Shown here one piece after another: positions 1 through 9,877 of a DNA stretch of 64,000 bases. This DNA is from an uncultured Actinomycetota bacterium (GTDB taxonomy: Bacteria; Actinomycetota; Actinomycetes; Actinomycetales; Dermatophilaceae). Position 1 is the stretch's first letter; each line of letters begins with the position of its first letter. The translations under genes and the position numbers were made by a program. Below the pieces are notes generated by a model, which saw only the letters and a list, made by a program, of their open reading frames with translations, was not told the origin of the DNA and ran no database searches. The stretch is from NCBI GenBank assembly GCA_963726675.1, contig CAVSDQ010000016.1, positions 131,126 through 195,125 on the forward strand, in the 5' to 3' direction.

Positions 1-1
1 C

Positions 2-3000
2 CCGGTGCGCCGGGCGCTGCGGGTGGTGAGCACGCTGGGCCCGAACCGGCTCGTCGAGGACTACCTGCTCGCCGCCGGCGACCCCTTCGTGGAGGTGCGC
101 GCGCGGCTGTCCTGGGCCGCGCCGCACACCGTGGCCAAGCTGCGCTTCCGCACAGCGATCGTGGGCGCCGCCGACGGCGCCGGCCCCGTGGCGCGGTGGG
201 AGGTGGCTTACGGCAGCACCACCCGGCCGGCGGACGGCTCCGAGGAGCCGCTGCACTCCTGGCTCAGCGTCACCGGCCTGGTCGACGGCACCCTCGCCGG
301 GCTCGGGGTGGCGGTCGACGGGCTGAGCGCTGCCGACGTCGACACCCGCTGCGAGGCAACCCTTTTGATCCCAACCGTTGACGTCGGCCTGACCCTCGCT
401 CGCTCACCGCTGTACGCATGGCACGACCCGGCGCCGGCCGCCACTGACCCGGAGCTGCCCCACCTCGACATCGGCACCCACCGGTTCCGGATTCGGCTGG
501 TGCCGTTCACGCCCGACCCGGCCCGGCCGGCATCCGCCGCGGTGACCGAGGCGGCGGCCACGCTGGTCGACCCGGTCACGGTTGCGCGGGAAGGTGCGCA
601 TCCCGGGACGCTGCCCGGCAACGCGTCGTTCGCCTGCGTCACCGACGGCACCGCCGCCCTCAGCGTGCTCAAGGCCCCCGAGGACGCCGTGCTGCCGGCG
701 ACCGTCATCCGCGTGTTCGAGACCTCCGGCGCCCCGACCAGCGCCGGCATCCGGCTCGGCGGACGGCACCTGCGGGTCGGGCTGCGCGGGCACCAGCTGC
801 TCACCCTGGTCGTGCCGCACGACCCGTCCGCGGAGCCGACCGAGGTCGACCTGTGCGAGTGGTCTGACGCCGACCGCCCTCCCGTGCAACCGCTTCCGGC
901 CCTGCCGCTGGTCGCCGAGCCACCGGCCATCAACGGCCACCCCATCAACGGCAGCTCGGGCCGCGCCGTCGCAGCTCAGCCCTGGCTCGACCCGGCCGCC
1001 TCGCCGCAGGCCCGCGCCGCCGCTCTGCTCGCCGCGATGACCACCGACGAGAAGGTCGCCCAGCTCGTCGGGGTCTGGGTCAACGAGCGCGACGACGACC
1101 AGGCGGCCTTCGCCGCCGGCAGCTTCCTCGACGGGCTGCGCACCGCCCACCCAGACGGGTTCGGCAGCCTCACCCGCCCCTACGGGTCCGGGCCGACGCC
1201 CCCGCCGCTGACCGCGGTTCAGGTGGATGCGGTGCAACGGTTCCTCGTCGACGGCACCCGCCTGGGCATCCCCGCCCTCGTGCACGAGGAGTGCCTGACC
1301 GGCCTGATGGCTCCGGGGGCCACGGTCCTGCCGTCGGCGCTCGCCTGGGGTGCCACGTTCAGCCCGGAGCACGTGCGTGCCGCCGCGGAGGCCGTGGGGC
1401 AGCAGATGGCCGGGCTCGGCATCCACCTCGGTCTGGCGCCCGTGCTGGACGTGGCCCGCGACCACCGCTTCGGGCGCGTCGAGGAGTGCATCGGGGAGGA
1501 CCCGCTGCTGGTCGCGACCCTCGGTGCCGCCTACGTCCGCGGCCTGCAGTCGGCCGGGGTCGGCGCGTGCGCCAAGCACTTCGTCGGCCACGCGGCCCCC
1601 GAGGCCGGGCACAACACCGCCCCGGTGCACGCCGGCTGGCGCGAGCTCACCGACGTGCACCTGCCGCCGTTCGCCGCCGCGGTGGCCGCCGGGGTCGCGG
1701 CCGTGATGAGCGGCTACCACGACGTCGACGGCGACCCGGTCACCGGCTCGGCCGCCCTGCTCGACGGGCTGCTCCGGCGGCGGCTGCACTTCGACGGGCC
1801 GGTGGTCAGCGACTACTGGGCCCTCAACTTCCTGGTCACCGCCCACCACGTGGCAGCCGACCGGGAGCAGGCCGCCGCGCTGGCGCTGGCCGCCGGCGTC
1901 GACCTCGAGCTACCACGGCCCGACTACTTCCCGGCCCTGGTCGCGGCCGTGGATGCCGGGCGCGTGCCGGTCGCGCGGCTCGACGCGGCGGTGGCCCGGG
2001 TGCTGACCCTGAAGTTCCGGCTCGGGCTGTTCGAGCACCCCTACTGCCCGGACCCGGACGTCCCGCTGGACCCACCGGCCGCCCGCGACGCGGCCCGGGC
2101 TCTGGCCGAGCGGTCGGTCACCCTGCTGCGCAACGACGGCGTGCTACCCCTTCGCGGAGTGCGCCGCATCGCCGTGGTCGGCCCGTGGGTCGACGACCCG
2201 AGCGTGCTGGCCGGCAGCTACGCGTGGCCCAACCACGTCGGCTACCGCTTCCTCGACGACCGGTTTGCCTGCGGCCCAACGGTTCCCACCTTCCTCGACG
2301 CCCTGCGTGACGCCGCCGGGCGGCACGGGGTGCAGGTCACCCACGTGGCGGCCTGTCGGCCGTCCGGCCACCTCGCCGTCCGGGCACTGGCGGATGCCAC
2401 CTTCGCCGGCGGGCCGGATGCCGGCTACCACGACGACCCGACCGGGATCGAGGAGGCGGCCCGAGCCGCGAGGGACGCAGACGTCGTCGTCGTCCTGGTC
2501 GGCGACCGGCCGGGACACTTCGGCACCGGCACGGTCGGCGAGGGCACCGACCGGCACACCCTGACGCTGCCCGGCTCGCAGCCCGAGCTGGTGACCGCCG
2601 TGCTGGCCACCGGCACCCCCACAGTCGCGGTCGTCACAGCCGGTCGCGGTCTCGACCTGGGGGTGTGCGAGGACGCCTCCGCCCTGCTGAGCGTCTGGTT
2701 CGGCGGCGAGGCCGGCGCGCAGGCCCTGGCGCTCGTGGTGTTCGGCGAGCTCAACCCGTCCGGGCGCTGCCCCATCACCTTCGCCCGTGGTGCCGGCCAG
2801 CAGCCGGTGCACCACTCCTCGACACCGCTGGCCCGGCACCACTACCTGGACGAGACGACCCGGCCGCGATTCGCCTTCGGGCACGGGCTGGGGTACAGCC
2901 CGTTCGCCTACTCCGAGCTGGCCCTGTCCAGCCCGACGCTGCCGGTCGACGGGCAGGTGCAGCTGTCGGTCACCGTCTCGAACACCGGGGCGCTCGACGG

Positions 3001-3364
3001 TGAGGACGTCGTGCAGCTCTACGCCCGCGACCATGTGGGCCAGGTGTCCCGGCCGGCGCTCGGGCTGCTCGGCTTCACGCGGGTCGCCGTGCCCGCCGGC
3101 GGGTCGGTGCGGGTGACCTTCACCGTGCCGGCCGGTGCGTTCGCCCACGCCGGGCGCACCGAGCGCATCGTCGACCCCGGCCGGCACACGGTGTGGGTCG
3201 GCGCGTCGAGCTCGGACCTGCGCCTGCGCACCGAGCTGGACGTCGTGGGGCCGGTGCGCCCGCTGCCACTCCCCCTGCTGGAGTGGGTCACTGCCTGCGC
3301 CCTTGCCCTGCCCGCGCCCGACCAGCCCACACCGGCCACGGTCCCCCTGGTGGGGACGCCATGA
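2..3364 (+). CDS. Apparent fusion of a GH38 alpha-mannosidase C-terminal region with a GH3 beta-glucosidase/xylosidase; 5'-partial (frame is open at the window start)
   Basis: First ~290 aa carry mannosidase C-terminal-type motifs (RSPLYAWHDP, LSVLKAPED, VIRVFETSG, EVDLCEW). The rest has GH3 motifs: MTTDEKVAQL, HEECLTG, GRVEECIGEDP, KHFVGH, SDYW nucleophile, FGHGLGYS, Fn3-like tail. Confidence 0.8.
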   Translation, partial: PVRRALRVVSTLGPNRLVEDYLLAAGDPFVEVRARLSWAAPHTVAKLRFRTAIVGAADGAGPVARWEVAYGSTTRPADGSEEPLHSWLSVTGLVDGTLAGLGVAVDGLSAADVDTRCEATLLIPTVDVGLTLARSPLYAWHDPAPAATDPELPHLDIGTHRFRIRLVPFTPDPARPASAAVTEAAATLVDPVTVAREGAHPGTLPGNASFACVTDGTAALSVLKAPEDAVLPATVIRVFETSGAPTSAGIRLGGRHLRVGLRGHQLLTLVVPHDPSAEPTEVDLCEWSDADRPPVQPLPALPLVAEPPAINGHPINGSSGRAVAAQPWLDPAASPQARAAALLAAMTTDEKVAQLVGVWVNERDDDQAAFAAGSFLDGLRTAHPDGFGSLTRPYGSGPTPPPLTAVQVDAVQRFLVDGTRLGIPALVHEECLTGLMAPGATVLPSALAWGATFSPEHVRAAAEAVGQQMAGLGIHLGLAPVLDVARDHRFGRVEECIGEDPLLVATLGAAYVRGLQSAGVGACAKHFVGHAAPEAGHNTAPVHAGWRELTDVHLPPFAAAVAAGVAAVMSGYHDVDGDPVTGSAALLDGLLRRRLHFDGPVVSDYWALNFLVTAHHVAADREQAAALALAAGVDLELPRPDYFPALVAAVDAGRVPVARLDAAVARVLTLKFRLGLFEHPYCPDPDVPLDPPAARDAARALAERSVTLLRNDGVLPLRGVRRIAVVGPWVDDPSVLAGSYAWPNHVGYRFLDDRFACGPTVPTFLDALRDAAGRHGVQVTHVAACRPSGHLAVRALADATFAGGPDAGYHDDPTGIEEAARAARDADVVVVLVGDRPGHFGTGTVGEGTDRHTLTLPGSQPELVTAVLATGTPTVAVVTAGRGLDLGVCEDASALLSVWFGGEAGAQALALVVFGELNPSGRCPITFARGAGQQPVHHSSTPLARHHYLDETTRPRFAFGHGLGYSPFAYSELALSSPTLPVDGQVQLSVTVSNTGALDGEDVVQLYARDHVGQVSRPALGLLGFTRVAVPAGGSVRVTFTVPAGAFAHAGRTERIVDPGRHTVWVGASSSDLRLRTELDVVGPVRPLPLPLLEWVTACALALPAPDQPTPATVPLVGTP

Positions 3365-4128
3365 CGACGGCCGCCGCGGCGCCGGCCGGCGGCCGGGCCG
3401 CGGGTGTCGGCTCGCCGGTGTGGCTGGCTGACGGGCTGTGGCAGGTCGCCGGGCCCGGCATCACCCACGCCTGGGACGCGGCCGCCTACCTCGTCACCGG
3501 GCAGCGCGCCGCACTGGTCGACTGCGGCAGCGGCCTCGGCGCCGACCTGCTCGACCAGGCCCTGCTCCAGGCCGGGGTCATCCCGTCCGCGCTGACCGCG
3601 GTGGTCGCCACCCATGGCCACTTCGACCACGTCGGTGACGGGGCGCGGTGGGCCGCGCACGGCATCGAGGTGCACGTGCACCCCGGGGATGCCGAGGCGG
3701 TGCGCACCGGCGACCCGGTGCGCACCTGTGCCGGGTCGCTCTACGGTGAGGTGTTCGCGGCCTTCGACCCGGTCGCGTTGTCGGACGGGCAGGTGCTCGA
3801 CCTCGGTGGGGCGTCGCTGCAGGTGCTGCACACGCCGGGCCACACCCCCGGCTCGGTGAGCGTCGTCGCGCGGGTCGGCGGGCGGTCGGTGCTGCTGGCC
3901 GGTGACACGCTGTGGGGCGGGTTCTCCGCAGCCGTCGGCTCGGACGCGGAGGCGTGGGTGGCGTCGCTGGAGCGGCTCGAGGGCCTGCCGGTCGACGCGC
4001 TGAGCTTCGGGCACGGCGTCGACGTGCTGCTCGACGACCCGGCCGGGCGCATCGCCGAGGCGCGGGCCCGGTTCGGCACCTACTTCGACCCGTGGTTCCG
4101 GGCGCCACGCCTGCGGCTGCGCTACTGA
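3361..4128 (+). CDS. MBL-fold metallo-hydrolase
   Basis: THGHFDH, HTPGHTPG, AGDTL and GHG motifs; ATGA overlap with the upstream stop. Confidence 0.85.
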   Translation: MTTAAAAPAGGRAAGVGSPVWLADGLWQVAGPGITHAWDAAAYLVTGQRAALVDCGSGLGADLLDQALLQAGVIPSALTAVVATHGHFDHVGDGARWAAHGIEVHVHPGDAEAVRTGDPVRTCAGSLYGEVFAAFDPVALSDGQVLDLGGASLQVLHTPGHTPGSVSVVARVGGRSVLLAGDTLWGGFSAAVGSDAEAWVASLERLEGLPVDALSFGHGVDVLLDDPAGRIAEARARFGTYFDPWFRAPRLRLRY

Positions 4129-4209
4129 ACGCCGGCCGGGGCGTCAGCGGGCCTCCCGTACCGTGGTGGCGCAGGACACTGTCGCCGCGGCGGGGTCCGG
4201 GAGAGGGAC

Positions 4210-4800
4210 GTGATGCTGAGCCGGCTGGCCAGGTTCGTGCTGTGGGCGACCCGTTGGACCGCCGTCGGCGAGGTGCCTCGCAGCGGCATCCTCGTGGGCG
4301 CGCCGCACACGTCCAACTGGGACTTCGTCATGATGCTGCTCATCATGTGGCGCGGCGGCGTCGCACCGCGCGTGCTCATCAAGAAGGAGCTCTTCCGCGG
4401 GCCGCTGGGCTGGCTGCTCCCCCGGCTCGGCGGCATCCCCCTCGACCGCGCCAACCCCGGCGCCGTGGTGCGCGACCTCGTGCGTGAGGCGAGGAGCGGG
4501 GAGCCGTTCCTGCTGATCCTGGCCGCCGAGGGCACCCGCACCCAGGGCGAGTACTGGAAGTCGGGCTTCTGGCGGATCTCACGCACGACGAAGCTGCCGA
4601 TCTCGCTGGCCTTCATCGACGGCCCGTCGCGCACCTCCGGGTTCGGCCCCACGTTCACCGCCACGAGCGACGTGGTCGCCGACATGGACCTCGTGCGCGC
4701 CTTCTACGCCGACAAGCGCGGCATCCACCCCGAGCGGCGCACCGAGCCGCGACTGCGCGAGGAGCTCACCGCTCGAGGCGGCGAATCCGCTTCTGCCTGA
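4210..4800 (+). CDS. 1-acyl-sn-glycerol-3-phosphate acyltransferase (PlsC family)
   Basis: PHTSNWD (HxxxxD) and AEGTR motifs; GAGAGGGA RBS. Confidence 0.85.
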   Translation: MMLSRLARFVLWATRWTAVGEVPRSGILVGAPHTSNWDFVMMLLIMWRGGVAPRVLIKKELFRGPLGWLLPRLGGIPLDRANPGAVVRDLVREARSGEPFLLILAAEGTRTQGEYWKSGFWRISRTTKLPISLAFIDGPSRTSGFGPTFTATSDVVADMDLVRAFYADKRGIHPERRTEPRLREELTARGGESASA

Positions 4801-4810
4801 GGGCGATCCG

Positions 4811-5830
4811 TCACCACCGGTTCTGCACGTCCTCGGCCCACCCGAGGATGCCGTCGACCGCCACCCGCTCGCCGGCATCGTCGCTCACCCACCCGGTCCA
4901 GTGCCCGAAGCACTGGTCGGCCCGCTGGGCGAGCACGCCCAGGTTGGTCGACGAGGCGTGGTCCCAGAACGGCGTGAAGGTGAGGTCGGCGAGCTCGCCG
5001 TGCACGCGCCACGGCGCGAGCCAGTCGGCCGGGTCGTAGTCCCAGGCGAGCTCCTCGCTCACCTTGTGCACCCGCCCGTCGACGACCAGGGCGTTCTCGG
5101 TCGAGCCGGTGCCGTCGGTCCAGCGGCCGCCGACCTGGAGGCCGATCACCCGCCCGTCGACCACGCCCGACCCGGCACCCCAGTTCCAGTGCATCGAGTA
5201 GGGCCAGCGGCCCCGCCCGTGGTCGAGCACCGCCCACGACTCGCCGGCAGGCACCTCGTGCTCGACCCCGTCGACCCACAGGCGCCCAGCGGCGGGGCGC
5301 GCGACGTCCTTGACGGTGTACTGGAACAGCCGCGGCGACCACGGCACGACCACGCCCATCGCCTCGTGCCCCGGCGGCCGGCTGGCGAGCACGTCGAGCC
5401 GCAGCCGAGGTGCGGTGACCTGCAGGTGGGTGCCGTCGGGCACCGGCTCGATGTCGATAGACAGGTGCTTCGTGCGCGCCCGGGCCGGGCCGGCATCCAG
5501 CCGTGGTGGCAGGGTCGCGCCACGGGCGAGCGGGTCGATGACGTCGGCGCTGACCGTCTCGCCGGTGCGCCGGTCGTGCACCCAGATGGCATGCACCCCG
5601 GCATAGTCGAGCGACGAGACGGTGACCCCCGCCAGGTGGGTCGGTGTGGTCACCGCCCAGTACTCCCAGCGCTTGTTGCGACCCCACCCGTGCCGGCCGG
5701 CGCCGATGCCGCTGGTGTCGTGCAGCGGATGCCGGGTCCACCCCACCGCGCCCGGGTTCAGCCGGCCGTCGGGTCGGCACAGCGGCACCTCGGCCGTGAT
5801 CTCCCGCTCGGGGACAAGCACGTCCTTCAC
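4811..5830 (-). CDS. DUF2804-like conserved protein
   Basis: GRNKRWEYW, LDHGRGRWPY, WNWG, GSTEN, GWAEDVQNRW; GTG start overlaps the upstream TGA. Confidence 0.7.
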   Translation of the reverse strand: MKDVLVPEREITAEVPLCRPDGRLNPGAVGWTRHPLHDTSGIGAGRHGWGRNKRWEYWAVTTPTHLAGVTVSSLDYAGVHAIWVHDRRTGETVSADVIDPLARGATLPPRLDAGPARARTKHLSIDIEPVPDGTHLQVTAPRLRLDVLASRPPGHEAMGVVVPWSPRLFQYTVKDVARPAAGRLWVDGVEHEVPAGESWAVLDHGRGRWPYSMHWNWGAGSGVVDGRVIGLQVGGRWTDGTGSTENALVVDGRVHKVSEELAWDYDPADWLAPWRVHGELADLTFTPFWDHASSTNLGVLAQRADQCFGHWTGWVSDDAGERVAVDGILGWAEDVQNRW

Positions 5831-7131
5831 CCGTCCAGCAGGTGGGCGACGTGCTCGTTGGTGAAGAGGCGGCCGGGGTCGAGCCGCTCGCGCACGGCCC
5901 GGAAGTCGTCGAAGCGCGGGTAGAGCTCGCGGAGCCGCAGTCGCGCCCAGCGAGTGCACCTTGCCCCAGTGCGGGCGCCCCGCGTGCTCGGCCACGATCG
6001 CCTCGAACGCGGCGAACAGGGGGCGCGGGTCCATCCGGTGGTACTGGTGCACCGCGACGTAGGCGTTGTCGCGCTCGTACGCCGTCGACAGCCACACGTC
6101 GTCGGTGGCGATGAAGCGCACCTCCACCGGGAACGGCACGGCCGCGTCGGTGCGCGCGAACCAGGCACGCAGCTCGGTGAGCACCGCCTCCACGGCATGC
6201 CGCGGCACGGCGTACTCGCTCTCGACGAACCGCACGTCGCGCGAGGAGCAGAACACCTTCCACGAGTCGTCGGCGAACTCGCGCGAGCCCAGCAAGCGCG
6301 AGCTGAGCCGGTTGATCGGCGGGCACCAGGGTGGGCCGGGCGGTGGCCAGCCGGTTCACCCCCTCGAACAGCCGGTTGGCGAGCAGGTCGTCCTCGAGCC
6401 ACGAGCGCCATGCAGGCAGGGGCGGCGGCCCCTCACCGGGCCCGACGACGTCGTTGCGCTTCGTGAGCACCCGGTCGGAGTGCGGGAACCAGAGCAGGTC
6501 GAGGTGGTCGGTGCCGTCGGCGACGTCCTGGATGACGGGCAGCAGCTCGGTCAGCGAGGCGGCCGCCTCCTTGGCGTGCAGGCGGTAGGCCGGCACGCAC
6601 TGCAGCTCGACCTCGGTGACCACGCCCAGCGCGCCCAGCCCCACGGCGGCCGCGGCGAAGACGTCCGGCTCCACCTCGGCGGAGCACTCGAGGCTGGAGC
6701 CGTCGGCGAGCACGACGGTGAGTCCGCTGACGGCCGCGGCGATGCCCTGGCGACGGGTGCCGGTGCCGTGTGTGCCGGTGGCGATCGCGCCGCTGATCGT
6801 CTGCCGGTCGATGTCGCCGAGGTTGGGCAGGGCCAGCCCGAGCGCCTGCAGCGCCGGGTTGAGCACGTGCAGCGGGGTGCCGGCGAGCACGCGCACCCGG
6901 CGCGTTCCGCGGTCGAATCCCAGCACACCGCTCAGCCCGTCGACGTGCAGGAGCAGCCCGTCGGTCGCCACCAGCGGGGTGAACGAGTGACCGGCCCCGG
7001 AGACGCGCACCCGCAGCGCCGCTCGCGGACGCTCGGCGCACGGCATCCGCCACGCCCTCGCGCGTGCCGACGTGCTGAACCTGCGCGGGGGTCGCCCGCA
7101 CGTTGCCGCCCCAGTTGCGCCACTCGCTCAC
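5827..7131 (-). CDS. FAD-linked D-arabinono/L-gulono-1,4-lactone oxidase family protein (frameshifted)
   Basis: WRNWGGN, GAGHSF, NLGDIDRQTISGAIATGTHG, FPVEVRF, GRPHWGK spread over several frames. Confidence 0.85.
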
Positions 7132-8282
7132 CCGAAGTTCCTTCCTTCACCGCGGTACGACGGGACCGTCGCCACCAGCACGTCGCCGCGCACCAGGTGC
7201 ACCGCGTCGAACCGCTCGAGCAGCTCGCCGGCCTTGGCGCCCCGCAGCCACACCCGGTCACCGATCCGCACCCCGTCGGCCGCTGGGCCGCGCAGCGGGG
7301 TCTGCACCTCACCGGTGCCCTCGGTGCGCACCAGCGCCAGCGCCCGGGTCATCGGCGAGGGCACCCGCGACCACCCCGGCTCCCCGCTCGCCACGTAGCC
7401 ACCGCCGAAGGCGGTGACGTAGCCCGGCCCCGGCCGGCGCACGACCGGCAGGGCGAACGCCATCGCCGGCCGTGGGGTGAAGTCGTCGTAGCCGTCGAAC
7501 AGGGTGGGCCCGTAGAGCCCGGACCCGGCGGCCAGCTCGGTGACGACCCGGTCGCCGCCGAAGCGGTGCAGGCTGCCGGTGCCGCCGCCGTTGACGAAGC
7601 GCAGGTCGGCCTCTTCCCGCACCGCCGCGACCACGGCGGCACGCCGTTCCCCCAGCTCACGCACCGAGCGCCGCTTCATCGTGCGCACGTGCGGCCCGGC
7701 ATCCGGCAGCCCGGCGACCTGCGCGTCGTAGAACATCACGCCACGCACGTCGAGACCCACCCCCAGCGCCGCGCGCACGACGGCCAGCGCCTGCTGCGGG
7801 CCGCGGGTCGGGGAGCGGCGCACCCCCAGGTGCACCCGGCCCACCCGCAGCGACGCGTCGCAGTCGAGCGCCACGCCCAGCCCGGCGACGTCGGCGCCCA
7901 GGGTGTCGCGCAGCCAGCGCACGTGCTCGACCGAGTCGATGGTCACCGTCACCTCGGCGCGCAGCAGGTCGTCGGTGGCGACCGCCCGCAGCGCGGGCTC
8001 GTCGACGCTGGGGTAGGCCACGAACACGTCGCGCACACCCGACCCGACCAGCCAGACCGCCTCGGGCACGGCATACGCCATCACGCCGGCGAAGCCTCGC
8101 CGCGCCAGCACCCGGTCGAGCAGGGTGCGGCAGCGGACGGACTTCGAGGCGACCCGCACCGGCAGCCCACCGGCCCGCGCGACGAGGTCGTCGGCGTTGG
8201 CGTCGAAGGCGTCGAGGTCGAGCACCACCAGCGGGGCCGGCAGCCCGGCCGTCGCGCTCGCCCAGTGGTCCGTGACCGTCAC
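7128..8282 (-). CDS. Alanine racemase/D-amino-acid aldolase-like PLP enzyme (Rv1769-like)
   Basis: RVASKSVRC, FVNGGGTGS, TELAAGSG, GEVQTP, VPSYRGEG; adjacent to the lactone oxidase, as is common in actinobacteria. Confidence 0.8.
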   Translation of the reverse strand: MTVTDHWASATAGLPAPLVVLDLDAFDANADDLVARAGGLPVRVASKSVRCRTLLDRVLARRGFAGVMAYAVPEAVWLVGSGVRDVFVAYPSVDEPALRAVATDDLLRAEVTVTIDSVEHVRWLRDTLGADVAGLGVALDCDASLRVGRVHLGVRRSPTRGPQQALAVVRAALGVGLDVRGVMFYDAQVAGLPDAGPHVRTMKRRSVRELGERRAAVVAAVREEADLRFVNGGGTGSLHRFGGDRVVTELAAGSGLYGPTLFDGYDDFTPRPAMAFALPVVRRPGPGYVTAFGGGYVASGEPGWSRVPSPMTRALALVRTEGTGEVQTPLRGPAADGVRIGDRVWLRGAKAGELLERFDAVHLVRGDVLVATVPSYRGEGRNFG

Positions 8283-8311
8283 GGTGCCGACCCTAGTGGG
8301 ATGCTGGGCCG

Positions 8312-9640
8312 GTGACCCACGACCCCGGGACATTCGTCGGCGACCCACCCCGCACGCGATGGCACCGGGCGTGGGTCGTGGCCGCCGTAACGCTCGGCGC
8401 CCTGGTCGCCGCGGCGGCGTTCCGCAGCTCCACCGGCGTGCTGCTCGAGCCGATCGAGGACGAGTTCGGCTGGTCCCGGGCGGTCACCTCGGGGGCGGTC
8501 AGCCTGAACCTCGTGCTCTACGGCCTCGTCGCGCCGTTCGCCGCGGCCTTCATGGAGCGCTTCGGTGTGCGGCGCACGGTGGCGGTGGCCCTGGTCGTGG
8601 TGGGCGTGGCCAGCGGGCTCACCACCATGATGACCCGGCCGTGGCAGCTCTGGCTGCTCTGGGGGGTGTTCATCGGGGTCGGCACCGGCGCGATGGCCCT
8701 GGTGTTCGGTGCCATCGTGGCGAACCGGTGGTTCCACACCCAGCGCGGGCTGGTCACCGGCATCTTCTCGGCCGCCAGCGCCACCGGCCAGCTGCTCTTC
8801 CTCCCGCTCATCGCCCGCACCGCCGTCAACGACGGGTGGCGCGCCGCGGCCGGCATCGTGGCGGGGCTGGCCCTGCTCATGGCGGTGCTCGTCGTCGCCT
8901 TCCTGCGCGACCGACCGTCCGACCACGGGCTGCTGCCCTATGGCATGGAGCCGGGAAGCGTGGTCGTCGAGGGCGGTCGCACCGGCGCCTCCCCCGCTTC
9001 GGTGGCGATCGGGGTGCTGCGCAAGGCGTCACGCCGCTGGGTGTTCTGGGCGCTGGTGCTCACCTTCTGGGTGTGCGGCTGGTCGACCAACGGCATCATC
9101 CAGACCCACTTCGTGCCGGCCGCCCACGACCACGGGATGCCGTCGACCACCGCCGCCGGGCTGCTCGCCGTCGTCGGCATCTTCGACATCGTCGGCACGG
9201 TCGGCTCCGGGTGGCTCACCGACCGGGTCGACCCCCGCCTGCTGCTGGTCGCCTACTACGGCGGGCGCGCCCTGTCGCTGCTCGCGCTGGATGCCGTGCT
9301 CGCCCCCGGCATCGCGCCCGGCATGTGGGTCTTCATCGTGTTCTACGGACTGGACTGGGTCGCCACGGTGCCGCCCACGGTCGCCCTGTGCCGCATCCAC
9401 TTCGGGCTGGCCGACTCCGGCGTGGTGTTCGGCTGGGTGTTCGCCGCGCACATGGTCGGCGCGGGGGTCGGCGCCAGCGTCGCCGGGTGGGTGCGCACCA
9501 GCCAGGGCGACTACCACTGGGCCTGGGTCGTGGCCGCCGCGCTGTGCTTCGCCTCGGTGGCGATCACCCTGTCCATCCCGAAGATGCGCGACGCGGCCAC
9601 CGCGGCAGTGGAGCCGGCCGGCTCCACGTCCCCGAACTGA
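8312..9640 (+). CDS. MFS transporter
   Basis: About 12 hydrophobic segments; ERFGVRR and GWLTDRVDPR MFS loops. Confidence 0.9.
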   Translation: MTHDPGTFVGDPPRTRWHRAWVVAAVTLGALVAAAAFRSSTGVLLEPIEDEFGWSRAVTSGAVSLNLVLYGLVAPFAAAFMERFGVRRTVAVALVVVGVASGLTTMMTRPWQLWLLWGVFIGVGTGAMALVFGAIVANRWFHTQRGLVTGIFSAASATGQLLFLPLIARTAVNDGWRAAAGIVAGLALLMAVLVVAFLRDRPSDHGLLPYGMEPGSVVVEGGRTGASPASVAIGVLRKASRRWVFWALVLTFWVCGWSTNGIIQTHFVPAAHDHGMPSTTAAGLLAVVGIFDIVGTVGSGWLTDRVDPRLLLVAYYGGRALSLLALDAVLAPGIAPGMWVFIVFYGLDWVATVPPTVALCRIHFGLADSGVVFGWVFAAHMVGAGVGASVAGWVRTSQGDYHWAWVVAAALCFASVAITLSIPKMRDAATAAVEPAGSTSPN

Positions 9641-9740
9641 CCAATCGGTCACACCGGGTAAGCCGGGTTCAGCTGCGCTTCCTCCTGACCGCTGCAGGTT
9701 GCCGGCCGGCTCCGCCCACGCGTCGTCTCGCCATCGCTCG

Positions 9741-9810
9741 CCGGCCCTGCCGACGTGGGGTCACCTACGGCGCAGTAGGTGATGCGATCACTCCATCTAC
9801 CAGGCGGTAG
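9741..9810. repeat. Dispersed ~70 bp double-hairpin repeat, copy 1
   Basis: Hairpins ACCTAC-GGCGCA-GTAGGT and CTAC-CAGGCG-GTAG; aligns by eye with 30060-30128. Confidence 0.65.
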
Positions 9811-9877
9811 TCGGAGTGGGGTACCGGTGCACCTGGTCAGCTGCGTCACGGCATCCGGGCTGACAGGCGTACTGGCC

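Noticed and set aside
925-952. Short repeat CCATCAACGGC x2
   Set aside because: Encodes ING..ING in a protein linker; too short to interpret
6066-8315. Long antisense or alternate-frame ORFs (749 aa here; also 31838-33787, 36229-38211, 17467-19134)
   Set aside because: Shadow ORFs of high-GC genes, Arg/Pro/Gly-rich and without motifs
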